Assembly (NCBI GenBank): GCA_035353995.1 | Contig: DAOQAL010000002.1 | Coordinates: 99,762 to 163,761 of the forward strand | Source of the DNA: Minisyncoccota bacterium | GTDB taxonomy: Bacteria > Patescibacteriota > Minisyncoccia > Phycocordibacterales > UBA9973 | Length of the DNA stretch: 64,000 nucleotides | Direction: 5' to 3' | Shown here: in pieces, positions 47,545 to 55,897 of the stretch | Numbering within the stretch: the stretch's first letter is position 1 | How the letters are laid out: the number at the start of each line of letters is the position of its first letter | Translations under genes and position numbers: made by a program | The notes under the pieces: model-generated | What the model was told of the DNA's origin: nothing | The model's database searches: none | Seen by the model: only the letters and a program-made list of their open reading frames with translations

Positions 47545-48606
47545 ATGAAAGAAAATTATGGTGAAAATAAAGATGTTTCGATTGAAAAATTTAAAGACCT
47601 AAGAAAATTGGACTTATCTAATAAGGACTTAAAAAATATCCCTGTTGTTGTTCTAATGACCACAGATTTTGATACTGAAACGAAATGGCCAAGTAAAGAA
47701 AAATTACCATTAAATTTTAATCCTGAAGTTGTTTTAGAAAATGGTAAAAACTCAGGATTAGGCATTAAAGAATTACACGAACAAGGTATCACTGGAAAAG
47801 GGATAAATGTTGCGATTATAGACCAAAAATTAGATTTAAATCATAAAGAATATTCTGACAATGTAATTAACTATAAAGAATTTGGTAAATCAGGAAAAGA
47901 AGATATAAGTATGCACGGTCCAGCAGTAGCGAGTTTGTTTATCGGTAAAAATTGTGGAATAGCCCCAGAAGCAAAACTTTATTACGAAGCCAATCCATCT
48001 GCTGGTAATTCCAATTGGGATTGTTCCTCTGAGGGTTTGAATAAAATTATTGATTTCAATAATACAGTAGAAGAAAAAGATAAAATAAAAGTGGTTAGTT
48101 TTAGTAATGGACATCCAAATCCAGCTTTTAAGGGTAATTTAAAAAACTGGAAAGAAACAGTTAAAAAAGCAAAAAATAGTGGAATAATTTTTATTGATGC
48201 AAATACTTTTTTTGATTCAAATTTTATTGCTGGTGGCAGTAGTGGTGATAAAGAAAATATAGATGAATATAAAATTTGGTTAGCTATAGATAATAAAATT
48301 CCTATGTTTGATAAGATTAATTCGTCTTGGAATAAAAAAGATAGAATAGTTGTGCCTGCTGATTACAGAACAGTAGCTTCTTCTATAAATAAAAGTGGCG
48401 AGTATTGTTTTTACGGAAGAGGTGGAATTAGTTGGGCAATTCCATATTTAGCTGGAGTATGTTCTTTAATGTTGCAAATTAATGCTAACTTAAAAATGGA
48501 AGAAATAGTTAAAATTATTCAAACTACAGCTCTTGTAAATAAAGATGGTTTAAAGATTATTAACCCTAAAGGAGCGATAGAATCAGTAAGAACTCTAGCG
48601 GTCTAA
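47545..48606 (+). CDS. subtilisin-like (S8) peptidase-like protein with non-canonical motifs, no signal peptide
   Basis: GKGINVAIIDQ (Asp block), SMHGPAVAS (His block), GGISWAIPYLAGV (Ser block). These are D-H-S arranged as in subtilases but diverged from DTG/HGT/GTSMA. Confidence 0.45.
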   Translation: MKENYGENKDVSIEKFKDLRKLDLSNKDLKNIPVVVLMTTDFDTETKWPSKEKLPLNFNPEVVLENGKNSGLGIKELHEQGITGKGINVAIIDQKLDLNHKEYSDNVINYKEFGKSGKEDISMHGPAVASLFIGKNCGIAPEAKLYYEANPSAGNSNWDCSSEGLNKIIDFNNTVEEKDKIKVVSFSNGHPNPAFKGNLKNWKETVKKAKNSGIIFIDANTFFDSNFIAGGSSGDKENIDEYKIWLAIDNKIPMFDKINSSWNKKDRIVVPADYRTVASSINKSGEYCFYGRGGISWAIPYLAGVCSLMLQINANLKMEEIVKIIQTTALVNKDGLKIINPKGAIESVRTLAV

Positions 48607-48705
48607 ATTATATAAATGGGTTCTAACGTAGACCCAGACACCCAGCACTTCTTCACCTTCGCCGGACTCAGGCTCATCAGTGCCTACGGCCGGCAATACA
48701 ATATG

Positions 48706-48733
48706 TAGCTAGCAAGGACCGTCCTTGCTAGTC
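48706..48733. repeat. second palindrome family, copy C (TAGCTAGCAAGGAC-C-GTCCTTGCTAG)
   Basis: Seen directly, downstream of the S8-like gene after a short GC-rich patch (48607-48700). Confidence 0.7.
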
Positions 48734-48744
48734 GATAAATAATT

Positions 48745-48778
48745 AAAAAAAACCGTAGATCGCCTCTACGGTTTTTTA
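48745..48778. terminator. bidirectional intrinsic terminator
   Basis: A-run, ACCGTAG-ATCGCCT-CTACGGT hairpin, then a T6 run. Confidence 0.6.
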
Positions 48779-48796
48779 AGATACATAGCGTGCACA

Positions 48797-49027
48797 TTAC
48801 GTATTACTTACGTAACTCAATTTCAGTGGCCATTCATTTAAGCGTGAATTTCCTGGAAGACTAAACAGCTTCCTGGTAGCCCACCATGCATACTTTGGCC
48901 ATTTATCTGTAATTAGTGCTTGACACAGTGCAGGTATTAATTCTGCCAATTCGGCTACAGCAACAATTACTACGAATGCAATGTAAAATGCGTGCGCGAT
49001 ACAATTCAAAAATTTTTTTCTAAACAT
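48797..49027 (-). CDS. small membrane protein (hypothetical)
   Basis: 76 aa with one TM helix. Higher G+C than background. Weak call. Confidence 0.25.
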   Translation of the reverse strand: MFRKKFLNCIAHAFYIAFVVIVAVAELAELIPALCQALITDKWPKYAWWATRKLFSLPGNSRLNEWPLKLSYVSNT

Positions 49028-49226
49028 TTTTTATCCTCCAAGTTTAGTTAAACAATTATTTTTGTACCCTAAAATTCAAAAATCTATTACTGCTGTTGAT
49101 AATAGCATATTATAAATCATATGTCAATTGAGGTAGAACCTTTTAGTTCTTTGCTCAGTAATGTCATTTTACTACTTTTATAATATCAAAACGACGTATC
49201 AAGAGCGACTATTTTTTCTAAATTAA

Positions 49227-49925
49227 TTATTTAAATGAAATTTTAGAGCCAAGAAAATTTTTGTATATATCATTTAAAATAATCTCTGTAGAAGTTTGAC
49301 ATGATACACAAAATGAAAAAACTTCTTCTCCATTTTCTTTTAATTCATAAGCAGTAGCTTTTACTAAAGCTTTAATATTGCCTTCAATAATTTGTTCATT
49401 TATTGTAAAACCATTTTGCATTACAGGTATTACAACTTGCATTTCTTCTAAATCTGCGACAATTTGTTCTTGTCCTTGATTGTTGATTTCTAAAATATCA
49501 GAATGTTTTTTATTATTAACCAATATTCTGATCTCTCTGGGTAAAGAAGAGGATATACAAGTATTTGCTATATTTATATTATTATCTGCATTAAAAGCAA
49601 GTTTTGCTAAATAATCATATAGTAATTTATTAGTTGAAACTAGTTGATTAAAAGGCAATAAGTTTAATTGATTAATAAAAAAAGGAAATCCTTTTTCTCT
49701 TTCTTTTTTATTTAATTTTTGGGAAGTTGGTAAAATTAATAATTCAATTATATCTTGAGCACAATAGTCAAAACATTCTGTAGAAGTTTGTAATATATCT
49801 GCAACTAAGTGTGAAATATCATCACGCTTATTATTTTTTATCATGCTATCAAAAAGTATATTTCCAAGCTCTTGTTTTTTTGTAGATATATATTCTAATT
49901 TACTTTTTATGCTTAAATCTCTCAT
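49227..49925 (-). CDS. hypothetical protein (downstream partner of the HEPN-like ORF)
   Basis: 232 aa ORF with no recognised motif, 129 bp downstream of 50055..50675 on the same strand. Confidence 0.35.
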   Translation of the reverse strand: MRDLSIKSKLEYISTKKQELGNILFDSMIKNNKRDDISHLVADILQTSTECFDYCAQDIIELLILPTSQKLNKKEREKGFPFFINQLNLLPFNQLVSTNKLLYDYLAKLAFNADNNINIANTCISSSLPREIRILVNNKKHSDILEINNQGQEQIVADLEEMQVVIPVMQNGFTINEQIIEGNIKALVKATAYELKENGEEVFSFCVSCQTSTEIILNDIYKNFLGSKISFK

Positions 49926-50054
49926 ATTTATTGATTTAAATATCTATATTTTTTAATTATATTGCTAAACAATATAATTTAATAGATTTAGATTTATTTT
50001 GAACATGCGAACATTGCTCTAATTAACTATATTAATCTAATCAATTATTATATA

Positions 50055-50675
50055 TTATTTAATATAATTATTATTAAAAATAAGAAATTCTTTAATTTGT
50101 TCTGGTTTTAATTTTTTATCTATATCCCATTTAAAATGGGGCTGTTCTATTGTACGACCAATGTAAAAATCATATATAACATTTCTATACTGTAAATGTT
50201 CTATCTTTTTTATCATTGAAGAAACAAACTCATCTAAAAAAATTAATAATTGTGATGGAGAAAAAGATCTTGATTGAAATTTATTCTGAGGATATCTTGA
50301 TATTTCTTCTAAATGAGATAATAATGGCAATTTTTCAATTAAATTTTTTTCTTCAAAAAATTTATCTTTTCTTGCACATATATTAGCCCAGTATTCTAAT
50401 TTGTGTCCATTTTTTAAAAAGTCATCACATTTATTTTTTTTACCCGGATTAATCTCAATATTATTATCTAAGACAAAAGCTTTCATATATTTTTCCATGC
50501 ATTGTTGCAGGTGATAAAGACCCTGATCTGTTAAGTCCATGTTGAGCAATATACGGCAAGAAATATAATCTTCTTCAGCCTTTTGCAAGAAAATACCTCT
50601 AAAATAATCAATAGCCCATTCTTTATTGTCGTCTTCCTTAAATTTTTCTAATGATAAGCTAGCTTTGTTCTCCAC
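50055..50675 (-). CDS. HEPN-like domain protein
   Basis: YHLQQCMEKYMKAFVL ... NGHKLEYW resembles the HEPN helix pair (YH.QQ..EK.LKA.L ... H.L). Confidence 0.45.
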   Translation of the reverse strand: MENKASLSLEKFKEDDNKEWAIDYFRGIFLQKAEEDYISCRILLNMDLTDQGLYHLQQCMEKYMKAFVLDNNIEINPGKKNKCDDFLKNGHKLEYWANICARKDKFFEEKNLIEKLPLLSHLEEISRYPQNKFQSRSFSPSQLLIFLDEFVSSMIKKIEHLQYRNVIYDFYIGRTIEQPHFKWDIDKKLKPEQIKEFLIFNNNYIK

Positions 50676-50777
50676 TGCTATAATTGTATCACTATTAAAA
50701 TAAAATGCTTAAAATAACATATCTCGAGCGAAATAACCTCGCTCTTGCTGATTAGGAGACTAGGACCGCGGGTACGC

Positions 50778-51047
50778 TTATCTCCCTCGACTAAATTTTA
50801 AATAATTTGCCAATTGTTTTTTAAGAAACTTATACCCAGAACCGCTTTTCAAAAATTTTTCTCTGCCTATAGCATCTCTTTTGTCTACATAAGCTTCATA
50901 GTAGATTAATCTCCAATCTGTTTTTCTGCTCGTTGTTTGACCTCCATTTCCAGATAAATGGTTTTGCAATCTTTTCTTTAGGTTGCTTGAATATCCTATA
51001 TACCAACTCTTATCATTTTTTGATTCTAAAAGATATATATAATACAT
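50778..51047 (-). CDS. GIY-YIG nuclease family protein
   Basis: YIYLLESKNDKSWYIGYSSNLKKRLQNH is the GIY-(x10)-YIG motif plus a conserved R and N. Start is moved to the internal Met (MYYIY), because the tracked N-terminus is a translation of the tandem repeat. Confidence 0.65.
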   Translation of the reverse strand: MYYIYLLESKNDKSWYIGYSSNLKKRLQNHLSGNGGQTTSRKTDWRLIYYEAYVDKRDAIGREKFLKSGSGYKFLKKQLANYLKFSRGR

Positions 51048-51053
51048 AAATCT

Positions 51054-51134
51054 GGTCGCGTAAAAGCTAAAGCTCACGCGACTCACGATACATTAATATT
51101 GGTCGCGTAAAAGCTAAAGCTCACGCGACTCACG
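51054..51134. repeat. two identical 34-nt direct repeats (GGTCGCGTAAAAGCTAAAGCTCACGCGACTCACG), each a hairpin
   Basis: Copies at 51054-51087 and 51101-51134, upstream of the GIY-YIG gene. Confidence 0.75.
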
Positions 51135-51210
51135 TAAAATGCTTCGCATCCACCTGGCATTCCCTTACAGGGCCTGACACGTGGAAAATTGTAAAGCAAT
51201 TTTCTTTACG

Positions 51211-51284
51211 TGGCTGGGAGACTAGGAATCGAACCTAGATTAAAGGCTTCAAAGGCCTCTGTCCTACCGTTAGACGATCTCCCA
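51211..51284 (-). tRNA. tRNA-Gln (anticodon TTG), CCA encoded
   Basis: Hand-folded from the reverse complement: TGGGAGA-TC-GTCT-AACGGTA-GGAC-A-GAGGC-CTTTGAA-GCCTT-TAAT-CTAGG-TTCGATT-CCTAG-TCTCCCA-G-CCA. Confidence 0.8.
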
Positions 51285-51420
51285 ATATTAATATTTTTAT
51301 AGAAGATATACTGAATTATATACAAAAGACGATCTCCCAATAAATACTAAATAAATATAACATATTTGACTTTAAATCGGAATATTAAATTTTAGAGTGA
51401 ATTTTTTTTAAAAAAATAAG

Positions 51421-51450
51421 AAAAAAGTAAAACCCTGCGGGTGCAGGGTT
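51421..51450 (-). terminator. intrinsic terminator for the 51471..51884(-) gene
   Basis: AACCCTGC-GGGT-GCAGGGTT perfect hairpin, with a T-run on the minus strand. Confidence 0.6.
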
Positions 51451-51470
51451 TCGGGGAAGAGAAATTCTTT

Positions 51471-51884
51471 TTACGGAAAAGCCAAAGGAGGAATGGCTCG
51501 AAGTTCTTTTTGCATCTCTTCGTATTTTTCAAAGAGTGCTCTTGCTAGGCAAGTAACGGCGGTAAAATCTTTCAACTTATATTTTGGATATGTATCACCC
51601 TTGCGCCATTCCACAATATAGAAAAAAGCTTTAGAGCAGAATTCCCACGGATTTTTTATGCCAAGTAATCCGTAGATGGTCTGCGAAGTACTGTCTTCGC
51701 ACTTATGCAAATGATCTTCCTTGACCTCTAAGGTCATGTCGCCAATCTTAATATGATCATTAATTCTCAATGTGTGACCATTGAGCTCCTCTAAGTTTTG
51801 ATACAATGCCATAGCTGTTGGGGTTTTAAATGGTTTGTACTTTATTTTTCGTTTAAATCTTAACATGTTTTTGCTCTCGGTCAA
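51471..51884 (-). CDS. hypothetical protein
   Basis: 137 aa ORF. G+C is moderately elevated. No recognised motif. Confidence 0.35.
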   Translation of the reverse strand: MTESKNMLRFKRKIKYKPFKTPTAMALYQNLEELNGHTLRINDHIKIGDMTLEVKEDHLHKCEDSTSQTIYGLLGIKNPWEFCSKAFFYIVEWRKGDTYPKYKLKDFTAVTCLARALFEKYEEMQKELRAIPPLAFP

Positions 51885-51895
51885 AATAAATCTAT

Positions 51896-51934
51896 AAATA
51901 AAAAAGCTTGGTCGTAATTAGCCAAGCTTTTTTG
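51896..51934. terminator. terminator hairpin, copy A of a 40-nt direct repeat (AAATAAAAAAGCTTGGTCGTAATT[A/G]GCCAAGCTTTTTT)
   Basis: Hairpin AAAGCTTGG-loop-CCAAGCTTT flanked by A and T runs, downstream of the purB stop. Confidence 0.65.
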
Positions 51935-51953
51935 TTAGTATACTCCACAATTC

Positions 51954-53444
51954 TTACTGCTCGATAATTTCTTTGAACAGAATCGCTTCGTTTTTGAGAA
52001 GAAAAGACGGCTTGAAAATTTCATGCCATTTCTTTTCTATTTCCGGATCTTGGAAAAGATCCTTGAGAATCTTGTTGTACTCATCCACATTATTTTGATT
52101 TGCTTGTTGCAGTTGAGAATTTGGTCTCAATTTACCGGTCAAAATAATTTCCTCAATCGAAATGGGCGACTTTGGAGGATTCTTTCTTTTTTCGCACAGA
52201 AGAGACTCAGCTTCCTGGAAACTTTTTGGTGCCTCATCTTCAGGATCGAAAGTATTCACTTCGTCAAAAGCATTAAAGCAGGCGAGCTGTACCAGACGAT
52301 AACACCCTTCATAATCCAGATTGGCTTTTTCAGAAAGATGTTTCTTCAGGAATTCTTTTACTTCACTTGAAGCATAAACTCCACGCGAATCAATAATTTC
52401 CTGAAGCATGTTTCCTCGGTAAACCGTCAAATTGGTGAAGACTTTATTGATCACGTCGAGAGCTCTTGCTACAACATGAAATAAGTCCGGCCAAGCCACT
52501 CTTTCTACCGAAGATTGTTCAATGGAACGCTCTTCCCAGGTTTTAATATTCTCCGTAATGGCAAGGGTGTATCCTTTTGCCAAGCGGGCAAGGCCTTCAA
52601 TCTGTTCGAGTTGGATCGGGTTTTTCTTGTGTGGCATAGCGGAAGATCCTGTTTGCTTTTTCTTGAATGGCTCCTGCAAAAGGGGACGACCACTTCGTGC
52701 ATTCAATCGCACATCGTTGGCGATTTTGTCTAACACCAAGATCATGTTCAGCAGTGCCTGTGCCACAGGTGCGTGCAGTACTCTCGGCAGTATCTGGGTT
52801 GAACCATAAAATGGATTAAACCCAAGGATTTCCAGAGCTCTTTTTTCTACCTCCGGAGAAATACTGCCATAATTACCTACAGCACCGGATACTTTTGACA
52901 AGAATAGTTTTCCGACGACAGCATCAGAAAATGACTTGCGTGCTACTCTTAAATCAGCTTGCCAGGAGAGGGCTCGAGCGCCAAGACTTTTCAACTCGGC
53001 TTCTTGCCCGTGCGTTCTTCCTATCATTACAGTGTAACGATTTTTTCTGGCAAAATTGATGAGGGTTTTCTGGTAAATAGTTAATTTTCCATCAATGATT
53101 TCACAAGCTTGATAAAGCATCTGCAAGAAAGGTGTTTCCTCCGTGTCATAGGAGGTAATCTTGTTGTGTACGTACTTCTGCAGTTTCAAAGGCAAGTGTC
53201 TTACTCGCTCAAGGATAAAGGCGTTGAGATCATGATGAATCTCTTCATCTTTATTTTTCCACCACTCGAGATCAGTGGTTTTTTCGTGCCAGACTCTCGA
53301 AATTTTCTCGTGGGTTCCGGCGGGGATGTACCCGAGCTCCTCTTCTGCCTTTATCACAGCAAGCTCCATTTCTTGCCAGAAAAATGTCTTGTTTGTGTCG
53401 GCAAAAATTTGCTTAATTTCTTTATTAGCATAACGTTCAATCAT
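51954..53444 (-). CDS. purB: adenylosuccinate lyase
   Basis: MIERYANKEI N-terminus and the fumarate-lyase signature GSSAMPHKKNP. Length 496 aa. G+C is visibly higher than in neighbouring host genes. Confidence 0.8.
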   Translation of the reverse strand: MIERYANKEIKQIFADTNKTFFWQEMELAVIKAEEELGYIPAGTHEKISRVWHEKTTDLEWWKNKDEEIHHDLNAFILERVRHLPLKLQKYVHNKITSYDTEETPFLQMLYQACEIIDGKLTIYQKTLINFARKNRYTVMIGRTHGQEAELKSLGARALSWQADLRVARKSFSDAVVGKLFLSKVSGAVGNYGSISPEVEKRALEILGFNPFYGSTQILPRVLHAPVAQALLNMILVLDKIANDVRLNARSGRPLLQEPFKKKQTGSSAMPHKKNPIQLEQIEGLARLAKGYTLAITENIKTWEERSIEQSSVERVAWPDLFHVVARALDVINKVFTNLTVYRGNMLQEIIDSRGVYASSEVKEFLKKHLSEKANLDYEGCYRLVQLACFNAFDEVNTFDPEDEAPKSFQEAESLLCEKRKNPPKSPISIEEIILTGKLRPNSQLQQANQNNVDEYNKILKDLFQDPEIEKKWHEIFKPSFLLKNEAILFKEIIEQ

Positions 53445-53547
53445 GTTTTTGGTTTTTAGGTGAATGAATGATTTTATGGGAATATATATGGTTGTTTAAG
53501 AACTAAATGTGATTTTACATTAACATTTAATTAAGTAGGTTGTCAAA

Positions 53548-53585
53548 TAAAAAAGCTTGGTCGTAATTGGCCAAGCTTTTTTAGT
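53548..53585. terminator. terminator hairpin, copy B of the 40-nt direct repeat
   Basis: AAATAAAAAAGCTTGGTCGTAATTGGCCAAGCTTTTTT, upstream of the purB promoter region. Confidence 0.6.
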
Positions 53586-53944
53586 AAATTTTTTTTAAAA
53601 AAAAGGAGAGGATTTGATCCCTCTCCAATAAGAATGCCATGTCTCATAAATTATGTAACGACAATTCTTGGTTTTACGATCAGCACTACTAGTCTAGCTG
53701 GGTCGTACAATAACACTTCAGTAGCCTGAGACCACATTTCGTATGCGCAATCTGAAAGCTCGCGCTTCCAGCCTGTTTTTACAAGCTGAATTCTTGAAAT
53801 TCTTTGTTGTGCCATATATCTAGCTTTTTTAAAAAATTGAAATATGTACTAATTTAACTATATACATTATACCAGATAATATAAAAAAAGCAAGTATTTC
53901 TTATAAATTGGAAAAAATAATTATATAAATGTTATAATCAAAAA

Positions 53945-55036
53945 ATGTCTTTTTTAGAAAAAACTCGTAATTGGTATGGCAGGTTTGAACATCCAATATC
54001 ATCTTTCTCTCTTGTAGCTGGATTCGTATTTGATGCATTGACACTAAAACGAGTAGATATGTTTTGGGAAAATATTTGGATTCTTGTTCATTTAGTTATA
54101 GTTGGTTTATTTATATTACTTATTAATTTACAAGATAGTGAAAAAGGGGATGAATATAATCCCGAGAAAAAACATTTTTGGTACGTTAATATTTTACAGT
54201 TTTTCTTTGGAGGGCTTCTTTCTACTTATCTTGTGTTTTATTTTCGAAGTGCAGATATTTTTGTAACATGGCATTTCATTCTTGTTCTTTTGCTTGCATT
54301 TATTCTTAATCAATTTTTTAAAAGTCAGTATGTGCGATTCAATTTTCAAATAAGTTTATTCTTTCTTTCAATTTATTCATTTGCTATTTTTCTTATTCCT
54401 GTAATCTTACACAAAATCGGTACAAAAATATTTCTTCTATCTGGATTGATTAGTATAATTTTTATTGCAATATTTCTTTTAATTTTATTTTTTACAAAAA
54501 AGAAGAATTTTATTAAAAATAAAAAAACAATTTTGATTTCAATAGTTGGAATTTCATTTTTAATTAATTTTTTGTATTTTACAAACTTAATTCCTCCAAT
54601 TCCACTTTCTCTAAAAGACGGTGGCATATATAATTTTGTTCAAAAAAATCATGAAGGGAATTATGATGTTTATGGTGAAGATTATAGTTGGAAAGAGTAT
54701 TTTAAATTATATAAAGATTTTAAAAGGGTGCCAGGGTCTCCAATATATGCTTATAGTGCAATCTTTTCTCCAAGGAATCTTAATTTAAAGATTGTTCACG
54801 AATGGCAATATTATGATGATGGAAAAAAAGAATGGTTAACAAAATCAGTTGTAAATTTGCCAGTAGTTGGTGGTAGAGACGGAGGTTTTAGAACATATTC
54901 TATGCGTTCAAATTTAGAGTATGGCAAATGGAGAGTTGATGTTAAAACTGAACTTGGACAAACAATAGGACGTTTACGATTTAATATTGTTTATGCTGAT
55001 GCTGAACCAACAATAATAAAAGAAATAAAAAAATAA
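53945..55036 (+). CDS. membrane protein: N-terminal polytopic domain plus C-terminal soluble beta-rich domain (possibly DUF2914-like)
   Basis: 363 aa. Multiple TM helices in the first ~230 aa, then a W/Y/G-rich C-terminal domain. The DUF assignment is tentative. Confidence 0.4.
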   Translation: MSFLEKTRNWYGRFEHPISSFSLVAGFVFDALTLKRVDMFWENIWILVHLVIVGLFILLINLQDSEKGDEYNPEKKHFWYVNILQFFFGGLLSTYLVFYFRSADIFVTWHFILVLLLAFILNQFFKSQYVRFNFQISLFFLSIYSFAIFLIPVILHKIGTKIFLLSGLISIIFIAIFLLILFFTKKKNFIKNKKTILISIVGISFLINFLYFTNLIPPIPLSLKDGGIYNFVQKNHEGNYDVYGEDYSWKEYFKLYKDFKRVPGSPIYAYSAIFSPRNLNLKIVHEWQYYDDGKKEWLTKSVVNLPVVGGRDGGFRTYSMRSNLEYGKWRVDVKTELGQTIGRLRFNIVYADAEPTIIKEIKK

Positions 55037-55080
55037 ATTTCAAAACAATTTAATTTTTATGATATAATCATTAAAATTTT

Positions 55081-55890
55081 ATGGAAAAAGAAAATAGAAA
55101 AAAAATAGGTTTAGCACTTGGATCTGGTGGAGTAAGGGGTTTAGCTCACATAGGAGTAATTAAAGTTTTACAAAAAAATAAAATCCCAATTGATTTTATT
55201 TCAGGATCTTCAGTCGGATCTTTAATAGGATCTTATTTATCTGTTTTTGGAGAAGTGGAATCATTAGAAAAATCTATTTTAGAAAATAGTAAAGAACTTT
55301 TACCACTTTTATTTGATTTCAGTTTAAAAGGTGGACTTGTAAAGGGAAGAAAAATTGACGATTCATTTAAAAGAATTTTTAAAGATGCGGATTTTTCAAA
55401 AACAAAAATTCCTTTCTTTGTTATTGCAACCGATTTAATAAGTGGACAGCCTGTTGTTTATTCTTCTGGAAAATTATCTCCAGCAGTTCATGGTAGTATG
55501 GCTGTTCCTCTTGTTTTTAAACCTTTTCATTATAAAGAAAAACTTTTAGTTGATGGTGGTCTTAGTGATCCTGTGCCAGTTGAAACACTTAAAAAAGCAG
55601 GAGCAGATAGTGTAATTGCTGTTAACTTATATCATAAAAATGAATTTAGAAATAAAAAATTTACTTTTTCAGGTGTTGCATTGCGTAGCGTAAGAATCGC
55701 TTTGCATAATCTTTCAAAAATATCTGTTCGTAATGCAGATATAATATTAAATCCTGATACTTCAAATTTTTTAAATAAACTCAAAATGAAAGATTATCTT
55801 AATAAGGAAAAAATAAAAGAAATCATTTCTATTGGAGAAGAAGAAGCTCGCCGAAATTTGCCTGAAATAAAAAAGATAACCATGGTATAA
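55081..55890 (+). CDS. patatin-like phospholipase
   Basis: Oxyanion GSGGVRG, nucleophile GSSVGS (GxSxG) and the DGG catalytic Asp motif. Confidence 0.75.
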   Translation: MEKENRKKIGLALGSGGVRGLAHIGVIKVLQKNKIPIDFISGSSVGSLIGSYLSVFGEVESLEKSILENSKELLPLLFDFSLKGGLVKGRKIDDSFKRIFKDADFSKTKIPFFVIATDLISGQPVVYSSGKLSPAVHGSMAVPLVFKPFHYKEKLLVDGGLSDPVPVETLKKAGADSVIAVNLYHKNEFRNKKFTFSGVALRSVRIALHNLSKISVRNADIILNPDTSNFLNKLKMKDYLNKEKIKEIISIGEEEARRNLPEIKKITMV

Positions 55891-55897
55891 TAAAAAC

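Noticed and set aside
48607-48700. GC-rich 90-bp patch after the S8-like gene as a possible small gene or ncRNA.
   Set aside because: There is no ORF of meaningful length on either strand and no convincing fold beyond a GCCGGC palindrome. It is more likely a remnant of foreign DNA adjacent to the palindrome repeat.
51048-51086. N-terminal extension of the GIY-YIG ORF (MSRVSFSFYATRF).
   Set aside because: It is a translation of the first 34-nt tandem repeat copy. The GIY motif begins right after the internal Met.
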